The position numbers and the translations under genes were made by a program. Shown here one piece after another: positions 55,609-64,000 of a stretch of DNA of 64,000 bases; position 1 is the stretch's first letter, and every line of letters begins with the position of its first letter. Below the pieces are notes generated by a model. The model was not told the origin of the DNA and ran no database searches. It saw only the letters and a list, made by a program, of their open reading frames with translations. Origin of the DNA: a virus; IMG/VR virus record IMGVR_UViG_3300009159_008629, positions 1-64,000 of that record, one strand, 5' to 3'.

Positions 55609-56437
55609 TGGCGACATAAAACTGTTTTACTCCGGAGGTGTCGGCAACAATGACCCGGACACCAGCCTCGGAGGCGATATATCGAACACGCCATTGACCA
55701 GCACGAGGATTTTCGACCTTGTGACTTCCACGCAGGCAGCAGCCGGCAGCATAGACTACAGGTGTATGTACTTCAACAACATAAATGAGGTTTCTTCCCT
55801 GTACGACTCCTTGGTCTACATAGAGAGCCAGACGGAGTTGGGGGCTGAAATCTCCATAGGGGCGGAGTCATTGGACGAAAGGCAGGACGTGTACGTCACG
55901 AAAGCCACGTCCGTATCCAGTGGCTCTTTCATCATGAGTCACTATGATTTCTTCACGGATTCCGACATTCATTTCACCGTGGCAATGGATCCGAACATAT
56001 CTGTATGGGCTTCCAATTTCCAGACCGCGATCAGATCGGTATCGGGATTGGAGACGGTAACGGTTAACGCCTCGTACTACGGGACGACGGCGCAGTTCAG
56101 CGTCCTGTTTGGAGGAGACGCTTCCGGGAAAAGATACTACGAGTCCATGAATCTCGTGAGCCTTTCGCAGTCGTTTATTGATGTCGGAAGTTCGCTGTCC
56201 GTCATCGATGTCTTCAAGGGTGCGCCGAAACTCAAGGTTGCCGAGGAGATAAACAGCGAGACGACGCTGCCCGCGAACATATCTTTCCTTTCGAACTCCT
56301 TGTCGTCGCCGATCAACGTGGGCGAGTTCAAGGCTGGGGAGTTTTTCGCAGTATGGGTGAGAAGAGTGGTCGCAGCCGGCACCGCCCCCATGGAGAACGA
56401 CGGATTCAGGATCAGGATCAAGGGTGGCACCATATGA
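55595..56437 (+). CDS. Probable virion structural protein
   Basis: SGG..N.DP..SLGG, IDYRC.Y..N and GE...VWVRR.V.AG; Ser/Thr-rich. Confidence 0.6.
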   Translation: MALSDGDIKLFYSGGVGNNDPDTSLGGDISNTPLTSTRIFDLVTSTQAAAGSIDYRCMYFNNINEVSSLYDSLVYIESQTELGAEISIGAESLDERQDVYVTKATSVSSGSFIMSHYDFFTDSDIHFTVAMDPNISVWASNFQTAIRSVSGLETVTVNASYYGTTAQFSVLFGGDASGKRYYESMNLVSLSQSFIDVGSSLSVIDVFKGAPKLKVAEEINSETTLPANISFLSNSLSSPINVGEFKAGEFFAVWVRRVVAAGTAPMENDGFRIRIKGGTI

Positions 56438-56952
56438 TTCGCATATTTAGCTTGATGCTTGCGTTTTCCCTCATGGCTGGAGAGCAGCACCAGCAATATT
56501 CTCCGACCGTGGCTGAATACGAAAGCAAGGTTGAGCAATCGAAGAAAATGACGATTGGCGTGTTTTCCCACAAGACATGGGAGAAAATAATCCTCAAGAG
56601 GAAGTCCGATGGGGCGGAGACTGCTTGGTCCGACCTGGACCAGCACGACAAGGACGTTTTCTGCTTCGTCGTAGGAAACAGGACGCTCAGTTCCCTGATG
56701 AAGCTGGAGGAGTTCTGGGTCGAGGAACTCAAGAAGTTCGAAAAACCGAACCACAAGCTGATCGGTTCATCCGATTCCAGACCAGCCGTCAGGTCTGAGG
56801 TCAACGCGTATCTGGATAGCATTGTTTCCACCAGAAAGTCTTTTGCCGCGGAATTCGAGATTTTCAGCAAATATTTTTTTTCTAGGTACGCAGATGAGCT
56901 TACCCGGGAAGACATCATGAGTTATAATAATAAGATATCAAACTCGAAATAG
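56434..56952 (+). CDS. Exported hypothetical protein
   Basis: Signal-peptide-like MIRIFSLMLAFSLMA; ATGA overlap with the previous gene. Confidence 0.6.
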   Translation: MIRIFSLMLAFSLMAGEQHQQYSPTVAEYESKVEQSKKMTIGVFSHKTWEKIILKRKSDGAETAWSDLDQHDKDVFCFVVGNRTLSSLMKLEEFWVEELKKFEKPNHKLIGSSDSRPAVRSEVNAYLDSIVSTRKSFAAEFEIFSKYFFSRYADELTREDIMSYNNKISNSK

Positions 56953-56959
56953 GTCATTC

Positions 56960-57388
56960 ATGGAAAATTGTCCTCTGTCGAACCAGCCCTGCAGCAACTC
57001 GAAGAACCTCCAGTACACGTTTTCTCAGGAAGAGGATTTCGTTTCGCATAACATATGCCAGAACTGCCCTTATTTCTTTATATTCAAGGATCTTCTTTTT
57101 TTGACCTGCGAACTTTGCGGCACATGTTACATGGAAATACAGAGGACGAAGAAATTCGGCTGCCCCAAGTGCTATGAGAAATTCAATGAGGTCGCGAAAT
57201 CATTCTTTTCAATTTGCCAAACTTCGCTCACGCACACCGGCAAGAAGCCTGACATTCTAAATTCGCTCGACGTAATCCAGCTTGTTCAAAAGATGGACAA
57301 AGCCATATTTGCCGAGGACTACGAACTTGCCGACAGGTGCAAGAAGATAATCATTCAGAGAGCCATGAGTCAATATCCGAAGGATTGA
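56960..57388 (+). CDS. McsA-like protein (CxxC motifs plus UVR domain)
   Basis: CQNC, CELCG, FGCPKCYEKF, HTGKKP and AIFAEDYELA. Confidence 0.7.
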   Translation: MENCPLSNQPCSNSKNLQYTFSQEEDFVSHNICQNCPYFFIFKDLLFLTCELCGTCYMEIQRTKKFGCPKCYEKFNEVAKSFFSICQTSLTHTGKKPDILNSLDVIQLVQKMDKAIFAEDYELADRCKKIIIQRAMSQYPKD

Positions 57389-58292
57389 TGATACCGAATC
57401 CCTCGAAGAACTTGTCTTTGGCGAATTTGGGATTGCTCACCGGTATTGTGTTCTTCTTGAAGACCCTTCTGTAGTCGTCCGAACAACCAAGCTTTATCTT
57501 GTTGCCCTTGGACCTGTTGTATGAAAGAAGAAGCGCCGCTACCCCCACCGCAAACGGGTTCGCCATGGATGTGCCCGATAGTATCGCGTACCATGATTCC
57601 GGGACGGTGCTGAATATATCGTTCCCGGGAGCAAGGAAATCAAGGTCTTGACCGGTGCAGCTGAAGTTTGACCTGTCCATGTCCTCGTCTATCGATCCTA
57701 TGCCTATAGTTTCCGGATAGTTTGCCGGATAGAATATCTGTCTTGTCTTGCCCGCGTTCCCGGCTGCGCAGAAGGTTATTATCCCCTTCGACTCAGCCAG
57801 TTGTATCGCCTTCCTCACCTGCTGGACCGGGTTCGGAGATCCTAGGCTCAAGGTTATGAAGTCTACTCCCTGTTCGATAGCCCACCTGATTCCTTCTGAG
57901 ACCGTGATGAGATCGCCGGATCCCTTGGAATCCAGGACTTTTATCGGAACCACCTTGGATTTCGGGGCTACCCCAACCATCCCTATTTCGTTGTTCATGG
58001 CGCATATTATCCCGGCGACATGCGTCCCGTGACCTGCATCGTCGTGTGGCGGCTTTTTCTTGTTCACGAAATTCATGCCTGGAAGGAGGTTATCCTTCAG
58101 GTCCGGGTGGTCAAGGTCGACGCCGGTGTCTATCACGGCTATCTTGACCCCTTCGCCTTGGGTTTCCCCCCAAGCCTCTGGCAGGTTGAACGCCGTTATG
58201 CCCCATCCGTGCTTTTGCTTGGATGACTGTATGGAGACAACTTCCTTCCTTTTGAATGGAAGCAGGCTGCATTTATTGTTTCCCTTCTTCAT
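57351..58292 (-). CDS. Subtilisin-family (S8) serine protease
   Basis: Catalytic triad motifs IDTG, GHGTHVAG and SGTSMA, plus AAGN. Confidence 0.92.
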   Translation of the reverse strand: MKKGNNKCSLLPFKRKEVVSIQSSKQKHGWGITAFNLPEAWGETQGEGVKIAVIDTGVDLDHPDLKDNLLPGMNFVNKKKPPHDDAGHGTHVAGIICAMNNEIGMVGVAPKSKVVPIKVLDSKGSGDLITVSEGIRWAIEQGVDFITLSLGSPNPVQQVRKAIQLAESKGIITFCAAGNAGKTRQIFYPANYPETIGIGSIDEDMDRSNFSCTGQDLDFLAPGNDIFSTVPESWYAILSGTSMANPFAVGVAALLLSYNRSKGNKIKLGCSDDYRRVFKKNTIPVSNPKFAKDKFFEGFGIINPSDIDSWLSE

Positions 58293-58695
58293 TAGCCTCC
58301 ATTTTCCAGTATCCGCTCCTGTATTTCTGAACCATGAAGTCGATCATTTGGCTGACAATGACGTCCACCACTATTTTCTTGGCTATCCCGGAAAACGGCT
58401 TCATGACCATCGGAAGGTTCGCTATGATGATATAGTCGAACAGCTTTCCGCTGACAAGCATGACCGTCTCCTTCTTGTCCTTCCCTTCCGGTATCAATCC
58501 CTCGACGAACTGTATCATTTCATCTGTGGAGCTCAACAGAAACATCGTTCCCTTGACTATGATGTCCTTCGGAAGGCTTACCCATCCAGATGTTTGCGGT
58601 TTTTCCGCGTCCCACCTTTTTTTGAGGTCGGACAGGTAGTTTTCCACGTCAAGTATGATTTTCCTCACATCGTCTGTCGTAAGTTGCTTTTTCAT
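58273..58695 (-). CDS. Hypothetical protein
   Basis: 140 aa with GKDKKETV; GGAG RBS; ATATATA at 58718-58724. Confidence 0.7.
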   Translation of the reverse strand: MKKQLTTDDVRKIILDVENYLSDLKKRWDAEKPQTSGWVSLPKDIIVKGTMFLLSSTDEMIQFVEGLIPEGKDKKETVMLVSGKLFDYIIIANLPMVMKPFSGIAKKIVVDVIVSQMIDFMVQKYRSGYWKMEANEEGKQ

Positions 58696-58759
58696 TTTTT
58701 CTCCGTGATTGGACGAGATATATAGTTGCCTTCAAACTAATTTAATGGGGAGCAAAAAA

Positions 58760-59617
58760 ATGAACATTCTGGTAACTGGCGGCGCTGGCTTCGTTGGGAG
58801 CAACCTGGTCGACAAGCTTGTCGCGCGGGGCGACAAGGTATGCGTGGTGGACAACCTGTCCACCGGCAAATTGGAAAACATAAACAAAGATGCAATGTAC
58901 GTCGAATTCGACATACGCGGCGAATGGTCGTCGATAAGCTTCGAGCCGGACTTGATATACCACATAGCCGCCCTCGCAAGGATACAGCCGAGTTTCGGCA
59001 GACCACACGAGACCATCAGCGCGAACTGCCAGGGCACCGTCAGGGTTCTCGACTACGCGGTCTCTAAAAGGTGCAGGATGGTTTACGCCGGATCTTCGTC
59101 ATTCTATTTCGACCCGCACGCCAGCCCGTATTCGCACTCGAAATGGATAGGCGAGGAACACTGCAGGATGTACAACAAGGTCTATGGGGTTTCCGTAGCC
59201 GTAGCGAGGTTCTTCAATGTCTACGGACCAAGGCATGTCAGGACGGGCTCCAACGCCAATGTTCTCGGAATATTCGAAGACCAGAAGATTCGAAATGTTC
59301 CGCTCACGATAACCGGCAACGGCGAGCAGCTCAGGGACTTCACGCATGTGGACGACATATGCTCCGGTTTGATGCTGATGGGCGACTCCCGCTGGAACGG
59401 CGAGGTTTTCAATCTCGGCAGAAGCCACAACTATTCCATCAACGAGGTCGCAGCCATGTTCGAGCCTGTCGGAATGGAATATTTGCCGGCAAGGGCTGGC
59501 GAGGCTAAGTCCACGCTGGCTGACATATCGTTCTCCAAGTCCAGGCTCCGGTGGGAGCCAAAGGTGAACCTCCCGGATTACGTTGGCTTTTTCCTGAAAA
59601 GCATAGGTGGAAAATGA
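58760..59617 (+). CDS. NAD-dependent nucleotide-sugar epimerase/dehydratase
   Basis: GGAGFVG, DNLSTG, YSHSK, RFFNVYG and RDFTHVDD. Confidence 0.9.
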   Translation: MNILVTGGAGFVGSNLVDKLVARGDKVCVVDNLSTGKLENINKDAMYVEFDIRGEWSSISFEPDLIYHIAALARIQPSFGRPHETISANCQGTVRVLDYAVSKRCRMVYAGSSSFYFDPHASPYSHSKWIGEEHCRMYNKVYGVSVAVARFFNVYGPRHVRTGSNANVLGIFEDQKIRNVPLTITGNGEQLRDFTHVDDICSGLMLMGDSRWNGEVFNLGRSHNYSINEVAAMFEPVGMEYLPARAGEAKSTLADISFSKSRLRWEPKVNLPDYVGFFLKSIGGK

Positions 59618-60450
59618 TGAAAAAAGTTGGCATTGTCGGCTACGGCTATGTCGGAAGGGCGATGCACAGGTTCTTCGGAAGCCATTACGACGTCCTCGTG
59701 AACGACATCAACGTGAGGGATGAGGACAAGGGGCTGGCGAACTTCGTTGGACCAGACGAGATAAACGGATGCGACCTTTCCCTCATCTGTGTGCCGACTC
59801 CGTCCAAGGAAGACGGAGGTTGCGATGTCTCAATGGTGGACGAGGTCGTGAGCTGGATCGACACGCCGCTCGTTATATTGAAGTCTACCGTCGAGATAGG
59901 AACCACGGACAGACTGTCCTTGGAAACCTCAAAACCGATAGTTTTCTCCCCGGAGTATTGCGGCGAATCAAGGTATTGGTCGCCTTACCTTTGGGACAGG
60001 GACGTGAAGGAAATGCCGTTCTTCATATTCGGGGGAAAGGGCGAGCACACCTCGATGGCTGTCGACTTCTACGCCATGGTGGCTGGACCGGTCAAGAAAT
60101 ACGTCCAGACCACAGCCTCCGCGGCGGAGATGGCGAAGTACATGGAGAACAGCTTCTACGCCACCAAAATACTTTTCTGCTATGAGATGGCTGAGATATG
60201 CGTCAAGGCTGGGATAGACTACAACTCCGTCAGGGAGCTTTGGCTCATGGACCCAAGGATCAACCCCATGCACACTGCCGTTTTCAGCGCCAACGACATG
60301 CCTTTCTCCGGCAAGTGCTTGCCAAAGGACATAGAGGCTTTGAGACGGTATTCCGTCGACAAGCTCGGGTACGACCCCGAGTTTCTTAAAGGCGTCATCG
60401 AGACCAACAATAAAATCGGCAACAACAGAAAAAAAAGGAAAACAAAATGA
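59614..60450 (+). CDS. UDP-glucose/GDP-mannose dehydrogenase family protein (short form)
   Basis: GYGYVG, CVPTP, KSTV, SPEY, AEMAKY.EN, DPRI and G.CLPKD. Confidence 0.85.
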   Translation: MMKKVGIVGYGYVGRAMHRFFGSHYDVLVNDINVRDEDKGLANFVGPDEINGCDLSLICVPTPSKEDGGCDVSMVDEVVSWIDTPLVILKSTVEIGTTDRLSLETSKPIVFSPEYCGESRYWSPYLWDRDVKEMPFFIFGGKGEHTSMAVDFYAMVAGPVKKYVQTTASAAEMAKYMENSFYATKILFCYEMAEICVKAGIDYNSVRELWLMDPRINPMHTAVFSANDMPFSGKCLPKDIEALRRYSVDKLGYDPEFLKGVIETNNKIGNNRKKRKTK

Positions 60451-61394
60451 AAGTATTGCAGATAGTTCCAGCCGAGAATACGGCGATAACCACCCTGGCT
60501 GTAAACATAATGAACCACAACAAGGGAAAGTGCGACATCAAGATTCTGACATTTCACCCGAAAAAGCCTTCGGCTTCCGAGATCTCAATGCTCCGCAAGA
60601 GTTGGGGTTGGGCTGACTTGATCGACGTCCAGTATTGGAAATCCGGATCTAAGGTCAAGGAACTGTACAAAAACCTGTGGATCACCAAACCAAAGGTTTT
60701 GACCCATCACAATCCATACAACCTCCACGAGGAAAAATGGGATGATTACAAGGAGGTGATTGTCGTCAACAATTATCAGAAATCCGAGCTGCCGAAATCG
60801 AGGCTGGTGCCGTTGTGCGTAGACATGGACTTCTTCAATTTCGGTAGTTCATACGCAAACGACAAGAGCGTCAACATGGTGGTAAACAGGATAGAAGGAA
60901 ACAAGGGAGTCTTGGAGGTCGCGATCGCTTGTCGAGAACTTGGCTATAAATTCAACTTGGTCGGAAGGATCTCAGATGGGACTTACATGAATGCCGTAAC
61001 GAAAGAGGGTGGTCCGACACTTGATTTCAAGAACGGCGTTTCCGACCAAGCTGTAAGGCAGTCTTACTACGATTCGTCCATCCATGTCTGCAATTCGAAA
61101 GACAACTTCGAGGCTGGAACTCTTCCGATGCTGGAGGCTATGGCTTGCGGGACTCCGGTCTTGAGCAGGTTGGTAGGTCATGTCCCGGACATCTACAACG
61201 GACACAACATATGCCTTAACAAGGCTGAGAAATCGGACAAGGAAAGCCTGAAAATACTTCTCAGCGAATTGATGGAGGACGAAAGCCGCAGGCTGAAAAT
61301 GAGAGAGATCGCCAGGGATTCGATAAAACACAGGACTTCGTCGTGGCGCGCCGAAGAATATCTGAGGATATACAAGAGTCTAATCGGAAGATAG
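60447..61394 (+). CDS. GT4-like (GT-B) glycosyltransferase
   Basis: RI...KG and EAGTLPMLEAMACGTPV (E-x7-E). Confidence 0.85.
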   Translation: MKVLQIVPAENTAITTLAVNIMNHNKGKCDIKILTFHPKKPSASEISMLRKSWGWADLIDVQYWKSGSKVKELYKNLWITKPKVLTHHNPYNLHEEKWDDYKEVIVVNNYQKSELPKSRLVPLCVDMDFFNFGSSYANDKSVNMVVNRIEGNKGVLEVAIACRELGYKFNLVGRISDGTYMNAVTKEGGPTLDFKNGVSDQAVRQSYYDSSIHVCNSKDNFEAGTLPMLEAMACGTPVLSRLVGHVPDIYNGHNICLNKAEKSDKESLKILLSELMEDESRRLKMREIARDSIKHRTSSWRAEEYLRIYKSLIGR

Positions 61395-62048
61395 AGCCTT
61401 CAATGTCTTCAGAAGCGACCTGAGCTCCTTCCAGCCATTGGAGATATCGATCTCCCAGGAATGTCCGAATAGGTGGAATACGGAATCTGGCATGGACTTG
61501 GATTTTTCGACCATCATTTCCGCGAATTTACCCCATGGCAAACCGCCGTACTGAGACCTGTCGAAGCCGACATGCACGGTGGTTGGGGTCTCGTATGGGT
61601 CCGAGCCGCCGTCCAGAGATCCAATTTCGGTAGACCTGGCGTTTTTGTAGCCGGCTTTCTCGACAAGTTTTTTCACCTCACCAGTGAACTTGCCGGAAGG
61701 GTAGGAGAACGAATCGACGTCTTGACCTGTCGTGTCCTGCCAAAACATCCTTGACCTTACGATTTCCCCGTTCACTTGCCTCATGGTTGAACAGGCGAAA
61801 GGGTATTTCTTGCATTCCTCGCCGGACTTCAGTATCGTGTGGTTGTAGCCATGCGAGCCAACATTGAAGAAGGCGGCGATCTCCTTGCAGTCGCTCATGG
61901 TAAGAAACTGCTTTACCCTGTCCAGGTTTTTTGACTTTTCCAGGGCGCACGGCCAGTAGAATGTGGCGTCGACGCCCTCTTCGTAAAGCATATCGGCCAA
62001 TCTTAGATCCTTGCGGCAACCATCGTCCCACGAAGTGAGCAGTTTCAT
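61380..62048 (-). CDS. Polysaccharide deacetylase (NodB/CE4)
   Basis: TSWDDG, GSHGYNH, FSYP.G and HLFGHSWE. Confidence 0.85.
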   Translation of the reverse strand: MKLLTSWDDGCRKDLRLADMLYEEGVDATFYWPCALEKSKNLDRVKQFLTMSDCKEIAAFFNVGSHGYNHTILKSGEECKKYPFACSTMRQVNGEIVRSRMFWQDTTGQDVDSFSYPSGKFTGEVKKLVEKAGYKNARSTEIGSLDGGSDPYETPTTVHVGFDRSQYGGLPWGKFAEMMVEKSKSMPDSVFHLFGHSWEIDISNGWKELRSLLKTLKALSSD

Positions 62049-62911
62049 CGGAATGTCTCCTCGTATTTGACTGACATTTCTTCTATGGATATGGGTTTTT
62101 TCGAGAATTGCTCTATCACTTCCCTTGTGCCTCCGACCTCGTTGGACAACAGCACCTTGCAGCCGCAGGCTATAGCCTCGCCAACGGTGTTCGGGGATGC
62201 ATCCGCGAAAGCCGGGAAGTAAATATATTGGCATGAACGGTATATATCGCCCATCTCCTTTCTGCTTTCGACCGGTGGCTTGTAGGAGATTTTTTCGCCG
62301 CTGAAAAAGTCGAAATTGTAAGCAACGAGTTCCTTGGTGAAGTTGCCGACGATTCTAAGGGAAGGCTTCGGTCTGCTCTCGGATACGGCGGACATGTGCC
62401 TGACATGGAAGTCATAGGCTGCCTCCGGAAACCTCTTGTTCTCATCCGTGTTGAACGTGGTGAACAAATAAGTCTCCCCTCTTTTCTCTGGTTTGTCGGA
62501 GTGGTTGAAGAACTTCGTGTCCACCCCGTTGTATATGACCACCGACTTGCCCATGTCGATTCCGATCGAGTCAAGATGCCCACCGACATACTCCCTAGCC
62601 CATAGGCTTTGGAACACTATGACATCAGCCCACGAAGCGTAGTCCTTCATCCTGCTGAATGACGTTCCCCTGTTCCTGCTGTCTTTCGGCATGTTGTCGA
62701 TGCGCAGGACGATTTTCTTGCCGGCGGACTTGGCTTCTGAAACCTCGGCTCTTTCCACCATGGTGACGGATGGTATGAAGTACGTGCTGCAGGATTTACA
62801 GTTGGAAACGAAAGAAATGTTCTTGTTGGAAGCCCGCATCAGATTGTCTATGAAGACGAATCCCCCGCCTAGCTTCTGCTTGCTTTGGTTGGCAATGTAT
62901 ACTTTTTTCAA
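62045..62911 (-). CDS. GT4-like glycosyltransferase
   Basis: GG..F, IYNGVD and DASPNTVGEAIACG. Confidence 0.8.
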   Translation of the reverse strand: MKKVYIANQSKQKLGGGFVFIDNLMRASNKNISFVSNCKSCSTYFIPSVTMVERAEVSEAKSAGKKIVLRIDNMPKDSRNRGTSFSRMKDYASWADVIVFQSLWAREYVGGHLDSIGIDMGKSVVIYNGVDTKFFNHSDKPEKRGETYLFTTFNTDENKRFPEAAYDFHVRHMSAVSESRPKPSLRIVGNFTKELVAYNFDFFSGEKISYKPPVESRKEMGDIYRSCQYIYFPAFADASPNTVGEAIACGCKVLLSNEVGGTREVIEQFSKKPISIEEMSVKYEETFR

Positions 62912-62915
62912 ATTT

Positions 62916-63569
62916 TCATCCCCATATCTTCCTCAGAAGTTTTTTCATTTCCTCTATGTGCGACGGCTTGTAGTCCCACCCGCTGCTCTTGCATACCTGC
63001 TTGGCTTTCGCCTCTGGGACATACAAGAACTTGAACCCTTGACTTTTGCACCTGTTGAATATCTCCCTTGTCATGCCCCCGTATTTGTCTATTCGCTCAA
63101 GGAACATCCCGGCGTTCACGACGTTATCCCTCCTCACTACGGAGAAGTTCTCCACGAACGACTTTTTCTGCGCCCCCTTGTCGCCGAACGTCCAAAGCTT
63201 ATCCTTGGTTTTCGCCACTGGAAACGCTAGTTTCTCGAGGGAGTTGTGATTGTCGGTCGTTATCCTGTCGTCCATGAAGGCGACCAGTTCAGTGTTGGAC
63301 TCTATTATTCCCATGTTCCTGCATCTCGCCAGACCATAGTCCTTTTTGCCGTCAAGGTCGAACCTGGCGCAGTAGATGTACGAAGCGTTGAGGTCGACGA
63401 GGCTTTTCTTGAATCCATCATGCCCTTTCCTGTAATAGGATGAGTCGCTGTCGTCGCACACTATTATCTGCAGGTTTTCGTACTTTTGCTCTCTTAGGTT
63501 TTTAAGGTTCTGCAGGGCTACATCATACCTGTTGCATGTCGGCATTATGACCGTAAGGCTGTTTTTCAC
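62916..63569 (-). CDS. GT2 family glycosyltransferase
   Basis: VIMPT.NR, IVCDD, GLARCRN.G and FMDD. Confidence 0.8.
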   Translation of the reverse strand: MKNSLTVIMPTCNRYDVALQNLKNLREQKYENLQIIVCDDSDSSYYRKGHDGFKKSLVDLNASYIYCARFDLDGKKDYGLARCRNMGIIESNTELVAFMDDRITTDNHNSLEKLAFPVAKTKDKLWTFGDKGAQKKSFVENFSVVRRDNVVNAGMFLERIDKYGGMTREIFNRCKSQGFKFLYVPEAKAKQVCKSSGWDYKPSHIEEMKKLLRKIWG

Positions 63570-64000
63570 TTATGAACCCCCATGTATGCAATCGTCTATC
63601 ATCATTTTATAGGATAGACCGACACTCTGTATAGATATTTTTTGTCTTAGGTTTTTCGCAAAATTATTCGTTTCTTCCCAGTATTTCTCGGAAAACCACA
63701 TCTTCGTGTCATGAGGTTCCGCCAAAGTGAAGCCCCTCTTGCTGAAATACTCGAAACTGTAGCTTTCCTTGTTGGTGGCGAAAGGTATGGACGAAGAGAC
63801 GTATTTCTGGGCTTTTGTTGGCGGCTTGAATTTCTGGCTGAAATGCTTTACGTACTTGACATCAATTGCAGCCTTTGACTCTGACATCATCTCAAACTGA
63901 TTCCTCTCGGACCAATCGAAAAGCTTAAATCCGTTGACTGTTTTTTTTTCTTCGGATATATTCATTTTGATGCCAAGATTTTTGGATCTAAGTTTGGCTT
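63570..64000 (-). CDS. C-terminal part of a gene entering from the right edge (possibly a GT-B glycosyltransferase)
   Basis: Frame stays open upstream of ATG 63965 to the window end; AIDVK..KPPTKAQKYVSSSIP resembles a GT-B C-terminus. Confidence 0.45.
   Translation of the reverse strand, partial: AKLRSKNLGIKMNISEEKKTVNGFKLFDWSERNQFEMMSESKAAIDVKYVKHFSQKFKPPTKAQKYVSSSIPFATNKESYSFEYFSKRGFTLAEPHDTKMWFSEKYWEETNNFAKNLRQKISIQSVGLSYKMMIDDCIHGGS

Noticed and set aside
1-64000. Alternative genetic code (stop-codon reassignment, as in some jumbo phages)
   Set aside because: Conserved genes are full length in code 11 and end at TAA, TAG or TGA at expected positions.
1-64000. Bacterial LPS/capsule locus or eukaryotic giant virus as the source
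   Set aside because: Sugar genes are interleaved and translationally coupled with T4-like tail, neck and sigma genes, and use SD sequences and sigma70-like promoters.
1-64000. tRNA genes, introns/inteins, IS elements, retron or DGR
   Set aside because: No cloverleaf, intein, transposase or reverse-transcriptase motif was seen, and intergenic gaps are short. tRNAscan and Infernal could not be run.

Overview
This window is a 64-kb slice of a large T4-like (myovirus, probably jumbo) phage genome using the standard genetic code. Virion genes include gp13/gp14/gp15-like neck and tail-completion proteins, a gp18 tail sheath, two gp19-like tail tubes and a gp26-like chaperone with a likely -1 frameshift. 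Replication and nucleotide genes include gp46/gp47 (Rad50/Mre11), a Dda/RecD-like helicase, a DEDDh exonuclease, a resolvase, a Prim-Pol, class II RNR and CTP synthase. A gp55-like late sigma factor is also present. Scattered among these are about 11 glycosyltransferase-like genes, nucleotide-sugar enzymes (RmlA-like, GNA1-like, HldD-like, an epimerase, a UDP-sugar dehydrogenase), a polysaccharide deacetylase, a phiEco32-type amidoligase with a class II GATase, a MoxR-vWA pair and an orphan DNA methylase. Several host-like genes (STAS, McsA-like, a secreted CxxCH protein, a LolA-like protein) suggest a Planctomycetota host; this is inference. The most striking patterns read from the sequence are (i) about 10 otherwise unrelated orphan proteins sharing an N-terminal motif like the T4 capsid-targeting signal, most with their own TAnATA late-promoter-like box, (ii) five of these boxes lying exactly 4 nt before an ATG, suggesting leaderless late mRNAs, and (iii) the virion- or host-glycosylation arsenal. 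I saw no tRNA, rRNA, CRISPR array or IS element. All product calls rest on motif recognition by eye, not database searches.
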